In this document: positions 63,312 to 64,000 of the stretch, one piece after another
Layout: each line of letters starts with the position of its first letter
Numbering within the stretch: the stretch's first letter is position 1
Source: Verrucomicrobiia bacterium
Lineage (GTDB): Bacteria; Verrucomicrobiota; Verrucomicrobiia; Limisphaerales; UBA1319
Assembly (NCBI GenBank): GCA_963664225.1
Contig: OY760937.1
Coordinates: 3,584,001-3,648,000 of the forward strand
Direction: 5' to 3'
Length of the DNA stretch: 64,000 bases
The notes under the pieces: generated by a model
What the model was told of the DNA's origin: nothing
The model's database searches: none
Seen by the model: only the letters and a program-made list of their open reading frames with translations
Program-made: the position numbers and the translations under genes

Positions 63312-64000
63312 CCCGAACTCCGAAGTTAGGTCGGTTTTTTTAGGGAACCGCTAACCCCTCCGGTCATATTCCGCCCCCTCCGAAAGCTTGCCGGGCTTCC
63401 GGTGGCACCAACTTCGGCGACGCGCTTTTCAACCAGTTCAACGTGGTTTCTATCAACGGCTTGTGTTTAGCCAGTCCACCCCAGGCCGCCGAGAGCCTCA
63501 CCACCACATCACGCCCCATCGTTCCCAAGAGGGCTCCCGCCAGAAAAACCGTCGTCCGCAATGTTCCTGGCTGGCGGTATGGCTGGGTTGGAGTGGTCTG
63601 ATGCTGGTAAAGACTCAGCAGGTTGAATGTGAAGAGCACCGCCAGAAACGCCGACTCGGTGGCGAAAAACGATTTCAGGCAAAAACCGTTGGCAGCCAGA
63701 TCATTCTTCAGCTCCTCGATCCGCTGCTCGATGGTGGCCCTTCCGTTGTAGTCCCTCCACAGTTCCAGCGCGCCTTCACTTCGGTTGGTGACGCACACTC
63801 GAAAGGTGTAACCGGGCACATCAATGAGCTTGCGACCCAGAGCCTCCTTGTCTTCCCTGATCCGCTCCCGCAGCACCACGAATCGCCGGGCAGTGGACCA
63901 GCCAAAGAGTTGGGCTCTAAACTCCCCCACGGCATGATTTTCATCGATGGCTTTCCAGTTCTGGATTCCCACGCAATGGTATTTGATCGTGGAGGTCATG
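63312..64000 (-). mobile_element. IS1380-family element, right end; transposase C-terminus 63364->64000
   Basis: RRFVVLRE, VTN, YNGRATIEQRIEELK, FNLL DDE_Tnp_1_4 pattern. Terminal ...AACTTCGGAGTTCGGG abuts AT-rich TTAAA. Confidence 0.85.

Overview
GC-rich bacterial chromosomal window. Gene content and protein style suggest Verrucomicrobia of the Pedosphaera/Limisphaera type (inference). Core genes are tyrS, uvrA, argJBDF, oppBC, lepB, a nuclease-DinG helicase and a hypF-hypC-PFOR-DHOD-like operon. Accessory modules, in order: (1) a sigma54-type transcription unit encoding an unannotated 42-aa peptide; (2) a three-gene porin-cytochrome conduit made of a nonaheme cytochrome, an MtrA/DmsE-like cytochrome with 7 CxxCH plus one CX4CH, and an MtrB-like barrel; (3) a REP-flanked Y1 transposase; (4) a deoxy-sugar/glycan utilisation cluster interrupted by two BspA-type LRR genes; (5) a minor-pilin cassette upstream of a 1709-aa PA14/Ig surface protein; (6) a BlaI/M56 module bracketed by ~51-bp direct repeats; (7) an ABC exporter whose permease contains an inserted membrane-fusion domain (frameshifted at a T7 run), followed by a gene cut by an IS1380 element. 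The best candidates for undescribed biology are the electron conduit, a sorting-like domain and Thr-Asn bias shared by the exported proteins, the permease-MFP fusion and an Arg-rich leader peptide before argJ. All family assignments come from motifs read by eye; no database searches were run.
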